From the human T2T-CHM13v2.0 reference genome, Homo sapiens: a stretch of DNA of 64,000 bases. Below the pieces are notes generated by a model. It was not told the origin of the DNA, did no database searches, and was given only the letters and a program-made list of their open reading frames with translations. A program made the translations under genes and the position numbers. This document shows, piece after piece, positions 14,486-27,529 of this stretch (position 1 is the first letter of the stretch; the number at the start of each line of letters is the position of its first letter). The DNA lies in contig CP086569.2 in the NCBI GenBank assembly GCA_009914755.4, forward strand, positions 14,304,001-14,368,000. Reading direction: 5' to 3'.

Positions 14486-15559
14486 CCTGTTTGCCATTAT
14501 CTACTACCATTCTAAGTATGTGTAATAACATGGATAGGGGATCAATTTTTATTTTTTCCACATAGATTTCCTATAGTCTAGCATAATTTGTGGAGCAGAC
14601 TATTATAATTCCAGAGCAATATGGTGTTACCTTTGATATAAATCAAGTACTCATGTTCATGTGGGACTGTTTCTGGGTTCTCCAATCTAATTCAGTGTTG
14701 ATTAGTCTATCAATCCACCTTTGTTCAAATGCTATCATACTGTCTTAATTACTGTTTCTTTTTTAAATGGGTCTCTCCAATAAAGAAAATCCACAGATAA
14801 GTAGAGGTTTTCTTTTTAACAGTGAGTGTATTTTGAATATTTTTACTGCTTGAATTATGTAAATGATAATTTCCTCAAAAATAAATACGAGGGCAAAAGT
14901 CTGCTTGAATCTAAATTATTCTCCAAATACTTTGAAAGTAACAATTTAGAATCTTAAGTGTTTCTAATACAAATGACATTTTCTATACAGTATAAAAAGA
15001 TACAGATACCAGTAATATGACAAAATGGGATATAGGATGCTACACATGCCCCTAATAGGTTAGTCTGATAAGTAATTTCCTACTTCTAAAATTATGTATA
15101 TTCCATATCCATTAATTCCAAGATTAAGCATTTTAAAAGGTAGGGGGTTTGGGGAATTATACAGACATCACTTAAAGACAACACATTATTTAATATATAT
15201 TAAAGCAATCACTATTTTGTATCTATGCTAGCTTTATCTGTGTAGTGATTTTACGTTCTTATCTTCAATCTATGGGAGAACATGAGTTATCACAATTATA
15301 TGAAAATTAATCAACATGATGCACACTAATCACATGATGCACATGTAAATCAACATGATGCACACAGTTTATTCCCCTAAACTGTATAGGAATACAGTTT
15401 CCTTGTCACTAGTTTTACACTGGATTTCACCTAAGTAAATTCTGGCTGACTAAAATGATTTTATCTATATGCCCAGAGAAATAATTATAAATACTGATTA
15501 AAATAACCATCTTTACATGGGGCAAAGCATAATAAATTATTCTACTAACTACAACTTAT

Positions 15560-16860
15560 ATCCTTACTTTTGAATACATGCCCCCTAAATTCTTTACCAG
15601 TGTTATCACTGCCTTGGGCAGACAGGGGCAGGTCCCCAGTGAAACCTGACATTCAAGCCAAAGAAAGCCTGAAGCCTGAAAACTGGGCTGCCAGTTACAG
15701 GTAGAGTCTGTGACCCAGAGTGAGAACTTCCTTGACAACTTTTAGCCAGCCAAAAGGTGCTTTTTCCAGGCCCACCTTGGACCAATCAGCATGCACTCAC
15801 CCATTCTGAGCCCACACAAACCCCAGACTCAGCCATACTTTAGCACTATCCACCTTTGGGTAGGGGCTACCCACTTCAGGTCCCCTCTCAGCTGAGAGCT
15901 GTTCTGTTCCTCAGTAAAACTTTTCTGCCTTGCTCACCCTCTAGTTGTCCATGTTAGCTCATTCTTCTTGGACCTAGAACAAGAACCCAGTACCCACCAA
16001 AGGGCAGGGCATAAAGTGACTGCAACACTGTAGCCCTCCTGCCCTCTATCCACACCGGGTGGCTGCCCCATGTGACAGGAAGCAGCAGGGTGCCAGGCCA
16101 GCCCAGGAGCCGTCGGCTTAAGCCAGGTAATGGGACTGAACCAACTGGGAGGCACACAACCCCGTTCGCTGGAAGTGTGTGGACTTGGTGAGGGAGCGGT
16201 AATACCAATGAGGGAGTGGTAATACGAATGTGCTGTAACACTTCGTGGGGGCTCAGACACCAGGACTCCCCAAGCCAGAGCTGTAACAAACTGTAACACC
16301 CCCTTTGGGGCTTTGTGGTTTCTGGCATCTCCAAATATTTTCAGCGCCACAGCGTTCCCGTAGTCCAGTTGCCAGCACCCAAGGCGGAAGCCGCTGAAGG
16401 CACCGTTGGTCCAGCCACAGACTTGCGCAGAGCTCACCCATGTGCCAGCACCTGGAGTTGCCCAACCTGCCGGCACACCTGACTGTATGCCATGGCCAGA
16501 CCCCATGCCCACTGGCTCACATAGGTCTTGCCACTCTGCACCTGGCTCCCCACTGGCGGGTGTGAAATCTGAGCGGGTACCATGAGCCAAGCACAGCCTG
16601 CAGGGCCAACTGGGCAGAGCCAGTCCAGCCATCAGGAACCAAACTTGAGCAGAGGCCCTGCCAGACAAACAGGTCTTGTGAAGCGGCACCCAAAGGATCC
16701 TTTGTCAGTACCCTTCCCAATGATAACAGAAAGTTTTTCTGTTCCAATGCAAAGTTTTTCTGCCTTTCGATTCCAATGCCAAAATATGCAGAAAATATGC
16801 ATTTTTTGGTTTCAGTAGGAATTTTGTTTAAATTATTAGACTGGGGACCCAGACATCAGG
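15560..16860. repeat. GC-rich, CpG-containing LTR/ERV-like segment (probable solo LTR of unassigned family).
   Basis: An abrupt composition shift from AT-rich surroundings. It contains repeated 'agctgtaaca(c/a)' motifs and 'ggtaatac(c/g)aatg' direct repeats. The 251-aa minus ORF at 15934-16689 is P/G/S/W-rich low complexity. Confidence 0.4.
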
Positions 16861-17439
16861 TCTGCTTATACCACTAAATAAATGGTTAAATAACAGTGAC
16901 CAAGAACTAACATATTTATGACGGATTATACAAGACGGTTAGTGAATTAAGTTTAAGATCTCTTAAAACAATGTATATTATTCATGAAAAAAATCATTAT
17001 AGAATCTTAACGCTTAGTAGCAAACAATTATTTCCAGACTTGATGTAATTAAATGCCCAAAGGCAGAGAAGGAAGAAAAACAGAAGGCAGGAAAAGCTAT
17101 CCAGGTTAAAGTTAAATATTCACCTGTGGGAAAACATGTCAAATAGCTGTCAGTGCATATTTAAGAATTTGTAATAAACATTACGGCAACCTACACATTG
17201 CAAATCTTGATCACACAGTAATTATCTTCCTTCGGACTGTCACAGCACTCGAATGGGGTAAAACATAAAATAGGAGCAGGGCAGTTTATAATCAAGTTAC
17301 CAATTACTGGCCAAGATGAAAGAATGATGGGCTGAACTTGATTAGAAACTGCAGTAAAATAAGTGATACTACTGGAAATGTATGGTTACAGACATTAAAA
17401 TCACCATTTACTGGAAACAAATGGTATAAGTCAACTTAC

Positions 17440-17498
17440 CAATGAAATGCATTGTAGTAGAAGTAGACCAAACCAAGGCCATATAAAAACGCAGCATT
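17440..17498 (-). CDS. UTY: Next coding exon of the same gene: NAAFLYGLGLVYFYYNAFH + TG of Trp. 59 nt.
   Basis: Minus strand reads ttttatattaacag|AATGCTGCGTTTTTATATGGCCTTGGTTTGGTCTACTTCTACTACAATGCATTTCATTG|gtaagttga, with a consensus GTAAGT donor. The reading frame continues exactly from the upstream exon (DYWK|NAAF). Residues FYY..FHW differ from KDM6A (FHY..FQW) and match my recollection of UTY. Confidence 0.85.
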
Positions 17499-17699
17499 CT
17501 GTTAATATAAAACACAAAACAACCTTTATAACAGATTTTATATCTATTACTATTACATATATTAATAAGAAGTCACGTAACGAGATGTTTTAAGTTCTGA
17601 ATATTTTACCATATATTACAATATTCTTCTCTACTTTTTCTCAAGTTCTCTCCATTTTGAAAATTGGAATCAATTTGCCATTCAATGTTACAAAAAAGG

Positions 17700-20560
17700 T
17701 AGTTACCTTTTTTTTTTTAATGCACAGCATCACCCTCTACTAAATGTTAGTACAGATTGTTCATCCCTTATCCAAAATACTTGAGACTAGGTGTTCCAAA
17801 TTTCCAACTTCTCTGGGTTTTAAGTACTTGCGTATACATAGATACCTTGGGGATGGAACCCAAGTTTAAACACAAAATTCATTTGTTTTATATATAGCTT
17901 ATACACATAGCCTGAAGGTAACTGTGTACAAAACGTTTAATAATTTTGAGTATGAAACAAAGTTTTTGTATACTGAACCATCTGAAAGCAAAGGTGTCAC
18001 AATTTCAGCCACGTAAGAGTGCAATCTGTGGTTGTTTGGCATCACCATCTATTCCTAATCAGGAATTTACATATGCCACTGAGAAGCAATCATTTTCTTA
18101 CACTAATTCACACATAAGTGTTTAAAACAGTAAAAAATATGACACAAGATTATACAGAGAGAAACAGTGTCTGGGTAACTGAACAGCATGGTAGCATACA
18201 GTCATGGGCCTTGTTAATGACAGACAACATATATATACAACAGTGGTCCCACAGGACTATAATAATTGATTTTTACTGAGCTTTTCTATGTTTAGATATA
18301 CAAACACCATTGTGTTATAATTAGTTATAGTATTCAGTACAGTAACATGCTACATAGGTTTGTAGCCTATGACCTAGAGGCTACACCATACAGCAAAGCT
18401 GTGTAATAAGCTGCATCATTTGGGTTTCTGTAAGTACACCATATGATGTTGACACAATGATGCAACTGCCTAAAAACAAATTTGTCAGATTGCATTCCTG
18501 TCATTGAGATGTATGAATGTACCTGTATCAGCTGATAAACTGCAACAACAAGAACAACAACAGAACAGCAGGTTTTCAGTCTCCACCTATGATGCTGTAT
18601 TTTGATGAAAAATTTACTGTACACACTGCATTATTTATTTATTTATTATTATTTTTTTGATACGGGTTCTCACTCTGTCACCCAGGCTTGAGTGCTGTGG
18701 CATGACCTAAGCTCACTGCAACCTCTGCCTCCAGGGTTCAAGCAATTATCCTGCCTCAGTCTCCTGAGTACCTAGGACTACAAGCACCCACCACCACACC
18801 ACATTCATATGGGATTACAGGCATAAGCCACCATGCATGGCATGAATGGCTTGTTAAATGTTTCTGCAGAATTATCTGCCTGATTCACAATGGCTTTTGC
18901 CTTGCATATCTCTTTCATTTTATAACCTGACATGATTTCTTGTTATGAATGCCTGCTGTCCTAGTCCTTCAATAAGTCCATCAGGCATTTTCATCACATT
19001 GTCTGTAGGCACCTTCCCTGCAGTCTTAAAAACATCACCTTCATTATCACTACTATCACAATCATCTTAATTCAACCAGACTATTCTGGCTATTTCACAA
19101 TTGTTAAAAGAACAACTAGGGCCTAATTATTAATGTTAAAGTCTTGATATATAATTCTTCTAGCTTTATTTTGTGTATTTAAGGAAGAGCGATGTCATTT
19201 TTTTCTTACTTGACATAGAAAATCCTTCAAAATTACCACCTTGTTTATCGTCATCACTGAACACGGTCACAGAGCATAGCTGTGCCAGACATTAAGACAA
19301 TATCTTTAGTCACTGCATTCCAAATACAGGCAATAGCATATACAGCATCATTCTTCATGCTAACTCCTTCTGAAGACCTGCCACACTCACATCTCTGTTC
19401 ATTCATGCCAGCATGCTATTCATGAAGAATTTTTATATTTAGTCTTTATTGATATAAAGATACCCTGCTCACATGGTTGAATTAATGAAGTCACATTTGG
19501 AGAAAAGGACATGGCAAAAAGATTATTTCTGAGTAAAATTTCAGCTGAAGGATGAGCAGAGCAGATGTCAACCAGTCCAGCTTCCTGCAATGAGTACAAG
19601 CAGCTAGTACAAAATATTTACGAAACCAATCAGAAAAGATGTTGCTGGTAATCCATGCCTTTCTGTTAGTATAATAATGAACTGGTAAGAAATTCACTCC
19701 CTGAACACAGTACACAAGCTTTTGCCTACCACATAAGTTCAGATTTATGCATGCTTGTCACATTAGCACATGTCAGCACAGTTATTTTTAAACCTCTGCA
19801 ACTAGCTTGTTGAATATTCAACCGTTCTCTTCAGTTTTCAGTTTACTGCGATAACAGCCACTTGTTTCATGAACACACTATTATTATGTGGCATGTATTC
19901 AATGCAACACTGACGGATCCCCTCTTTCAATACACAGTCAAAATCTACATTTTTAGCTTTACACAGTGTTTTCCTATTTCTCATTAACTTCAGTTCATCC
20001 TTTCCACACATAACTTCAATAGTTTATCCTTCTGTTTCTTCAAGTCACATTGGCGGTCATTCCAACGCTATATGCTCTTCTATAAATGTTTCACACATCA
20101 CAGTTCAGTTTCTCTGTTTGACTTTATGTGCTATAAACATAAATACTTCCTCTTTTTCTTACCATTTTTACCCATAAGGTTATCTGTAGGACTTTTCTGA
20201 TACAGTCTCTTTACATCACTAAGCAGACAACAAGCAAAAAACAGTGCATAGAGGTTTGGGCCCCATGTGGGGCATTGTGGAGATCCTGCCATTGGCACAT
20301 CCAGGCTACACAAGTGTCATTTTATTACCCTTTGTGGCCTTGCTTATCTGGGTTTATCTGGCATGGATGGAAAAGGTATGTAACAGCTGAAGGGACCTGA
20401 GAGTGTCTTCTTCCCTTGGGGATGGTGAATAAACTATGTTCTATGCACCTGCACTTGGACTAGGACACATCACATGAGGCTGGCTGTGAAATTTTTAAGT
20501 TTTCAATTTATGGGGCGCATTTTAAATTTTAGATTTTTGAGTTAGAAATGCTCAAATATT
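17700..20560 (-). mobile_element. Tigger/pogo-like DNA transposon remnant (transposase fragments on minus strand), interrupted by the Alu at 18655-18845.
   Basis: The 18330-18560 block (acagtaacatgctacataggtttgtagcctatgacctagaggctacacc...cagattgcattcctgtcattgagatgtatgaatgtacc) is a recognisable Tigger-family internal sequence. The minus ORF 19491-19715 (..KAWITSNIFSDWFRKYF..) resembles pogo/Tigger transposase (KAWMTS..F.EWL). Confidence 0.45.
18655..18845 (-). mobile_element. Alu (truncated), minus orientation.
   Basis: gggttctcactctgtcacccaggcttgagtgctgtggcatgacctaagctcactgcaacctctgcctcc...gggattacaggcataagccaccatgcatgg. Confidence 0.9.
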
Positions 20561-20621
20561 AAACAGTTCTCTTCAGTTTTCAGTTCACTGTGAAAATCTC
20601 CACTTGTTTCATGATGAGCAC

Positions 20622-21313
20622 CCAATTTTCTTTTTATAGTTTGAGTTCTAGGGTACATGCGCACAACATGCAGGTTTGTTACGTATGTATACATGTGCCA
20701 TGTTGATGTGCTGCACCCATTAACTCGTCACTTACGTTAGATTTATCTCCTAATGCTATCCCTCCCCCCTCCCCCCACCCCACAACAGGCCCTGGTGTGT
20801 GATGTTCCCCTTCCTCTGTCCAAGTGTTCTCATTGTTCCCACCTATGAGTGAGAACATACGGTGTTTGGTTTTTTGTCCTTGCGATAGTTTGCTGAGAAT
20901 GATGGTTTCCAGCTTCATCCATGGCCCTACAAAGGACATGAACTCATCCTTTTTTATGGCTGCACAGTATTCCATGGTGTATACGTGACACATTTTCTTA
21001 ATCCAGTCTATCATTAATGGAGATTTGGGTTGGTTCCAAGTGTTTGCTATTGTGAATAGTGCCGCAATAAACATACATGTGCATGTGTCTTTATAGCTGC
21101 ATGATTTATAATCCTTTGGGTATATACCCAGTAATCGGATCACTGGGTCAAATGGTATTTCTAGTTCTAGATCCCTGAGGAATTGCCACACTGACTTCCA
21201 CAATGGTTGAACTAGTTTACAGTCCCACCAACAGTGTAAAAGTGTTCCTATTTCTCCACATCCTCTCTAGCACACGTTGTTTCCTGACTTTTTAATTATC
21301 GCCATTCTAACTG
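20622..21313 (-). mobile_element. 5'-truncated L1PA 3' fragment (~690 bp: ORF2 C-terminus plus 3' UTR) with 9 bp TSD gatgagcac.
   Basis: The minus-strand ORF 20679-21203 (174 aa) is the L1 ORF2 C-terminus (..[75 protein letters not shown]). The TSD copies are at 20613-20621 and 21316-24. A poly-T/short A-tail remnant follows the left TSD. Confidence 0.9.
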
Positions 21314-22329
21314 CTGGATGAGCACACAATTATTACGTGGTATGTATTCACTGCAACACTGACAGATCCCCCTCTTTCAATATACAATAGAAATCTACAC
21401 GATTCTCAATATGTATTAAAAACAGTATTTTAAACTCAGAAAAGTCATCTAGCCATTACATTTTTAGGTTTTTAGACGTCACTAATTCTTTTTGCAGCAT
21501 GAAACAGGGAGATGGATTCCTGCAGTAAATTATAATTTTAGGTTGCCTTGGCATCCATTTTGAATATAAGCAGAACTTTTTCATATTAGAAGCAGGACTT
21601 AGTTGCCCTTGACACAGTTTCTAATTTCTCCCTCTTCCAGTTCCTCAATATAGTTAATCTAGATATCTGCCTTAAGCAATTGCCTCCTGGTTACCACTTC
21701 CCTGTGGAAGAGCTAGACACAACCCACTTGATTTACCGCACTAACCCTTACAACCTACAAGGATGACAAAGATATGCCACCACCATCACCTCAGTCACAC
21801 CCTGAACTCCTGTAACTTGCTCTAAACCCACCAATTAGAATCACCGAGGGAAACCTGCTTGGGTAATACCCTGAGTCCTAATAAAGGCTTTGGCCCATAG
21901 TTCCCTCACACTGTCTCCACTGGATTGAGCATCCCAGAGAGTTCCCCCTTTCCACATACCTGCAAGGCATGCTATCTCTTCTCTGTAATACACTACTTCT
22001 GTTATTTCATTTGTACTGTGGTGCACCACCCTCTGTCTCACCTGACTGTTAATCCAAACCAAACTCTCCTCCTGTCAAAACTCTCCTAGAGATGTCTGTC
22101 TTGGTAGGAATAAACTAGATCCTGGTTAAGTAAGAGCCACAAGGCTTCTGCCAGAACAGATGCTCCATGGCTTAAGATGGGGTTATGTCCCAGTAAACCA
22201 TGATAAGTTGAAAGTGTGGCAATACATTTAATGCACCTAATCTACTGAGCATCATAGCTTAGCCAAGCCCACCTTAAGGATGATTAGGACATTTATTTAT
22301 TTATTTTATTTCATTCTATTTTTTAAGAC

Positions 22330-22520
22330 AAGGTCTTGCTCTGTCAACCAGCTGGAGTGTAGTGGCACAATCATGGCTTCCTGCAGCCTTGACTTCCCAG
22401 ATTCAGGCTATCCTCCCACCTCAGCCTGCTGACTGACTGGGAACACAGGCAACAAGCCACCATGCCTGGCTAAGTAATTTTGGTAGAGACAGGGTTTCAC
22501 CATATTGCTCAGACTAAGGC
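22330..22520 (-). mobile_element. Alu (J-like, partial), minus orientation.
   Basis: gacaaggtcttgctctgtcaaccagctggagtgtagtggcacaatcatggcttcctgcagcc...gagacagggtttcaccatattgctcagact. Confidence 0.85.
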
Positions 22521-22929
22521 ACATTTGCATTAGCCTATAGTCAGGCAAAATCACTGAAAACAAAGCTTATTTTATAATAAAGTGCTGAAAATCTCATTTA
22601 ATTTACTGAATATTGTACTAAAAGTGAACAGCAGAATGGCTGTATGGGTAACTGAAGCTCACTGCTTCTGCTGAATACATACCACTTTCACACCTTCATA
22701 ATATCAGAAACTAGGAGTAATCATTGCTAGTGAGGAACTGTCTTTATAGATGGGTTTCCTCTGACAGGGGCATCTGGTGAGAAGGACATCTGATCACAAG
22801 CACTGGGCCATCCACCAAAATATAGCAGAATCCTTTCAAAAGCACACTGTATACGTTCATGGCCACCTGTCCTGGATTCCTTTCATGGCAAGGCTACAAT
22901 TTCTGGGCATTCTCTAGAGACCTCAAAAC

Positions 22930-24640
22930 CAACTTAGATGTCAAGTACTCAAAGCTCACAAAGACCAGAACTAGAGAATGCCAAAGAGAATATGGGCAAC
23001 ATTAAATAGCTATGGCAATCCTAAGCAAAAAGACAAAGTTGGAGGCATCATGTTACCCAATTTCAAGCTATATTACAGGGATACATTACCCAAAACAGCA
23101 TGGTACTGGTCCAAAAATAGATGTTTAGACCAATGGAACAGAATAGCGAGCCCAGAAATAAAGCCATACACCTATGGCCAACAAACCTTCAAAAAAGCTG
23201 TCAAAAACAAGGGGAAAAGACTCCCTAGTCAATAAATAGTGCAGGGATAACTGGCTAGCCATATGCAGAAGACTAAAACTGAACCCCTTCCTATTTATAG
23301 TTACAAAAGTCATAGATGATTAGACTCTAAATGTAACACACAAAACTATAAAAACCCTGAAAGACAGCTTAGGCAATACTTGGCTAGCCATATGCAGAAA
23401 GCTAAAACTGAACCCCTTCCAGCTTACAGTTACCAAAAGTCAAAGATGATTAAAGACTTTAAATGTAACGCACAAAACTATAAAAACCCTGAAAGACAGC
23501 TTAGGCAACACCATCCCGGACATAGGAATGGGCAAAAATTTCATGATAAATACACCAAAAGTAATCGCAACAAAAGCAAAATGTGACAAGGGGGATCAAA
23601 TTAAAGGTAAGAGCGTCTGCAGAGCAAAACAGAGTAAGCAAACCAAGCATAGTAAATTGACAATCTACAGAATGGAATAAACTATTTTCAAAGTATGCAT
23701 CTGACAAAGGTCTCCATAAGGAACTTAAATTTACAAGACAAAAACAACCCCATTAGAAAGTGGGCAAAGGACATAAAGTAACATTTTTCAAAAGACATAT
23801 ATGCAGCCAACAAGCATAGAGAAAAAAAAGTTCAGTATCACTGATTATTAGAGAAAAGCAAATCAAAATCACAATGAGATACCACCTCACACCAATCAGA
23901 ATGGCTACTATTAAAAAGTCAAAAAATAGCAGGTGCTGGCAAAGTTGCTGAGAAAAGAGAATACTTACACACCCTTGGTGGGAGTGTAAATAAATTAGTT
24001 CAACCATTGTGGAAAGCAGTATAACAATTCCTCAAAGAGCTAAACCCATGCAGAACTACCATTTGATTCAGCAATCCCATTATTGGGTATATACCCCCAG
24101 AGTATATTCTCACTATATTATATAAGTAGTATAAATGATGATTTATAGTATTAATCATTGTACCACAAAGACAAATGCATATGAATGTTCACTGCAGCAC
24201 TATGCACAATAGCAAACACATGGCATGTGAATGTTCACTGCAGCACTATGCACAACAACAAACACATGGAATCAACCTAAATGCCCAGCAATTAAAGAGT
24301 AAATAAAGAAAATGTGGTACATATACACCATGGAACATTAAGCAGCCATAAAAAGGAATAAGATCACGTCTCTTGCAGGAACATGGATGGAGCTGGAAGC
24401 TATTATCCTTACCAAACTAAAACAGGAACAGAAAATCAAATACTGCAAGAGACACTGGGATCTACTTGAGAGTGGAGGGTAGGAGGAGGGAGAGGAGCAG
24501 AAAAGATAACTATTGGGTACCAGGCTTAATACCTGGCTGATAAAATGATCTGAAGAACAAGCCCTAGTGACATGAGTTTACCTATGTAACAAAGTTTCAC
24601 ATGTGCCCCCAAATCTAAAAGTTTTAAAAAGAGAGAAAGA
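22930..24640 (+). mobile_element. L1 (older primate/mammalian subfamily) ORF2 C-terminal half plus 3' end. Contains a ~135 bp tandem duplication (23248-23515) and a ~40 bp one (24180-24265).
   Basis: Translation gives ..[43 protein letters not shown].. and ..[23 protein letters not shown].. (L1 ORF2). Confidence 0.8.
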
Positions 24641-26832
24641 GCAACATATCAACTGTGTCTACTATAATTTTTTTTAATAGAAATGCTATTATATTCTACC
24701 TAGGAAACAACAGTAGTTCAATAAGTGTCACTATTTCAACTCTTGATCGATTAATTCATAACATAAAAAGATGTTGGTGTGAGGAATATAAAATATAAAC
24801 AAACAGGAAATATGCATGCTCATAAACAAATGAAAATTATTATAACAACATATTTGTCACAAAATGTCAACCATTTAAATTAGACTTTTGCTTGCCAAAA
24901 TGTTATATGCCTAGAACATTTTCTATTTCTTCCTAATTCATCTTCCAAACTTCTTATTCAAGTATAACTAAAGTATTTTCAAACATCCACTGAGATTTAT
25001 TACAATTTGCTTAATATTTTTCTTAAAAACAGCTCATACTATATACCTTATTTTACAAAAAACTTCAACCCTCGCCATGAGAAATAGAAACTGAGCATAA
25101 GTAGAAGACAGTATGAAAACACAATAAAATGAACACATCAAAATCCAACTAGCTTCATTTGCCTAGAAGTGATTTCAAGAAATAATAAAAACAAAGTTCA
25201 ATAAAGAAGGACACTAAAAGACAGGTACTAAAAGACTTCTTGGTTTTCCCAAAAAAACTGAAAGGGGAAAAAAGAATCATTAAAGAGAAGTTGAATAATG
25301 TATATCAATTAAGAAAGATAGTATCTCTGAATGAAAAGTAAAAACAACTGATATAAACTCCGTAATGGCAATATCAATGACACAAGATAAAGCAGGTAAA
25401 ACCATGGAGACTGCTTGGATGAAGAACTAGATCTGTGAGTGTAAGGAAACCAACATAACTAATCAAGAGATCTTGAGACAGAATTCTAAAAAGTAGAGAG
25501 CTACAAAGGCAGCTTCAGAGATCTGAAGTGGTTTAAACTCTTCTTAAGAAAATTACCAATATCAGGGAAAAAGCTATTGAAAGAACCAGAGAGAACAATG
25601 TCTACAAAACCAAGATCCATAACTACTATCATCAAACAGACTGGAAAAATATGCACATAGAGAGCAGTGAATTAAAGATCTCACCTAAGTGTTTGGGAAT
25701 TACCAGTATGAGGACTGAGTACTCTTCAGGACCCATCTCAAAATTCTTAAGATAAAACCAGAAGCAGGACTGCATACAGACATTGGGACTCAAAGAATGA
25801 CAATATGGCAAGTGCCCGTTTTTCCTTGTTGCCTTCTATATGTTACAGACAGGGTATTGCTGAAGGCTCCAACCCAGGCCACTAAAAAAATCCTATTACT
25901 CCTAGCCAAAACACCAGGAAAAGAATGGCATAGAAACTGAAAACTTATCCACAACACTGCCAGAAACCACAGGGTAAAAAAAGTACAGTTGCATTCTCCT
26001 ACACTCCACCACGCACAGACATAATACGGCTGCAATAGGGCTAAAAAGGAAACTGATATTCTTATCCCAATTACCACTAGGAAGCAGACTGCATACCACA
26101 ATTTCCCAGCAGAGCAGTGTCAGCAGAACAAGCCAAAAGCTTATCTTCCATCCTTTGCTGGCAAAGGGAACTGGTACTCCGGATTCTTCTGGAGTATCAA
26201 CAAAGAGATGAGTAAATCTTTCATTCTCTACAAAGTAGAAGCAGATTATGGCACAAAGATTCCACTACAGGGTATTTTAGGCAAGGCCGAACCAAAAGCT
26301 GACGTACTACCCCTTTGTCATTTGAACCAGGCAGTGCTCCAATTTTTCTAACCAGATGGTGTCAGTAAATAATGAAATTGGAGTTAATTGTATATCTCCA
26401 TCTAGTGAAAGTAGGCAGTACTCCATTTCACCCAGCAGGATATTATAAAGAGGGCCCTGTGGAGAGATAAGCTTTATTTATGTGGGAGAAAAGAACAGGG
26501 GCACTGAAGTTATTTGGAAGTTTGCAACCTCTTTTTTTATACCTGTTAGCAAGGCCCAACAGGAAGTTGTGTCACTACATACTACTAGCATCAACCAGGC
26601 AGAATTGGGCAGACCATAGTTGGCATTCTGATTGCCCCAACCTTCCCTTCCATCAGAAGAGCCCAGAAGGGAACTCACCTCAGTTACTACATCCTCATGC
26701 TCTAAAAGATAACAATGTCCAGCTTTCACCTAACCCTAAAGAGAGTATCAACAAACTCCACTAGAAACTTCACTATGCACATTCACCCACTTACACAAGA
26801 AGGCCTGCTTTAAAAATATAGAGAGAGAATGG

Positions 26833-27435
<603 letters not shown>

Positions 27436-27529
27436 AGAGAGAGACAAGAGGACTGCCTAGGCCCAGGAGTTCAAGAGCAGCCTAGGCAATGTACTAAGAC
27501 CTTGTCTCTAAAAACATAGGAAAAGCTAA

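Noticed and set aside
15934-16689. 251-aa ORF on the minus strand, the longest in the window.
   Set aside because: It lies wholly inside a GC-rich LTR-like repeat. The product is low-complexity P/G/S/W-rich with no recognisable domain, and there is no splice or start context. It is a chance ORF from GC-rich composition.
20679-21203. 174-aa ORF on the minus strand.
   Set aside because: It is the L1 ORF2 C-terminus of a 5'-truncated L1PA fragment bounded by TSDs.
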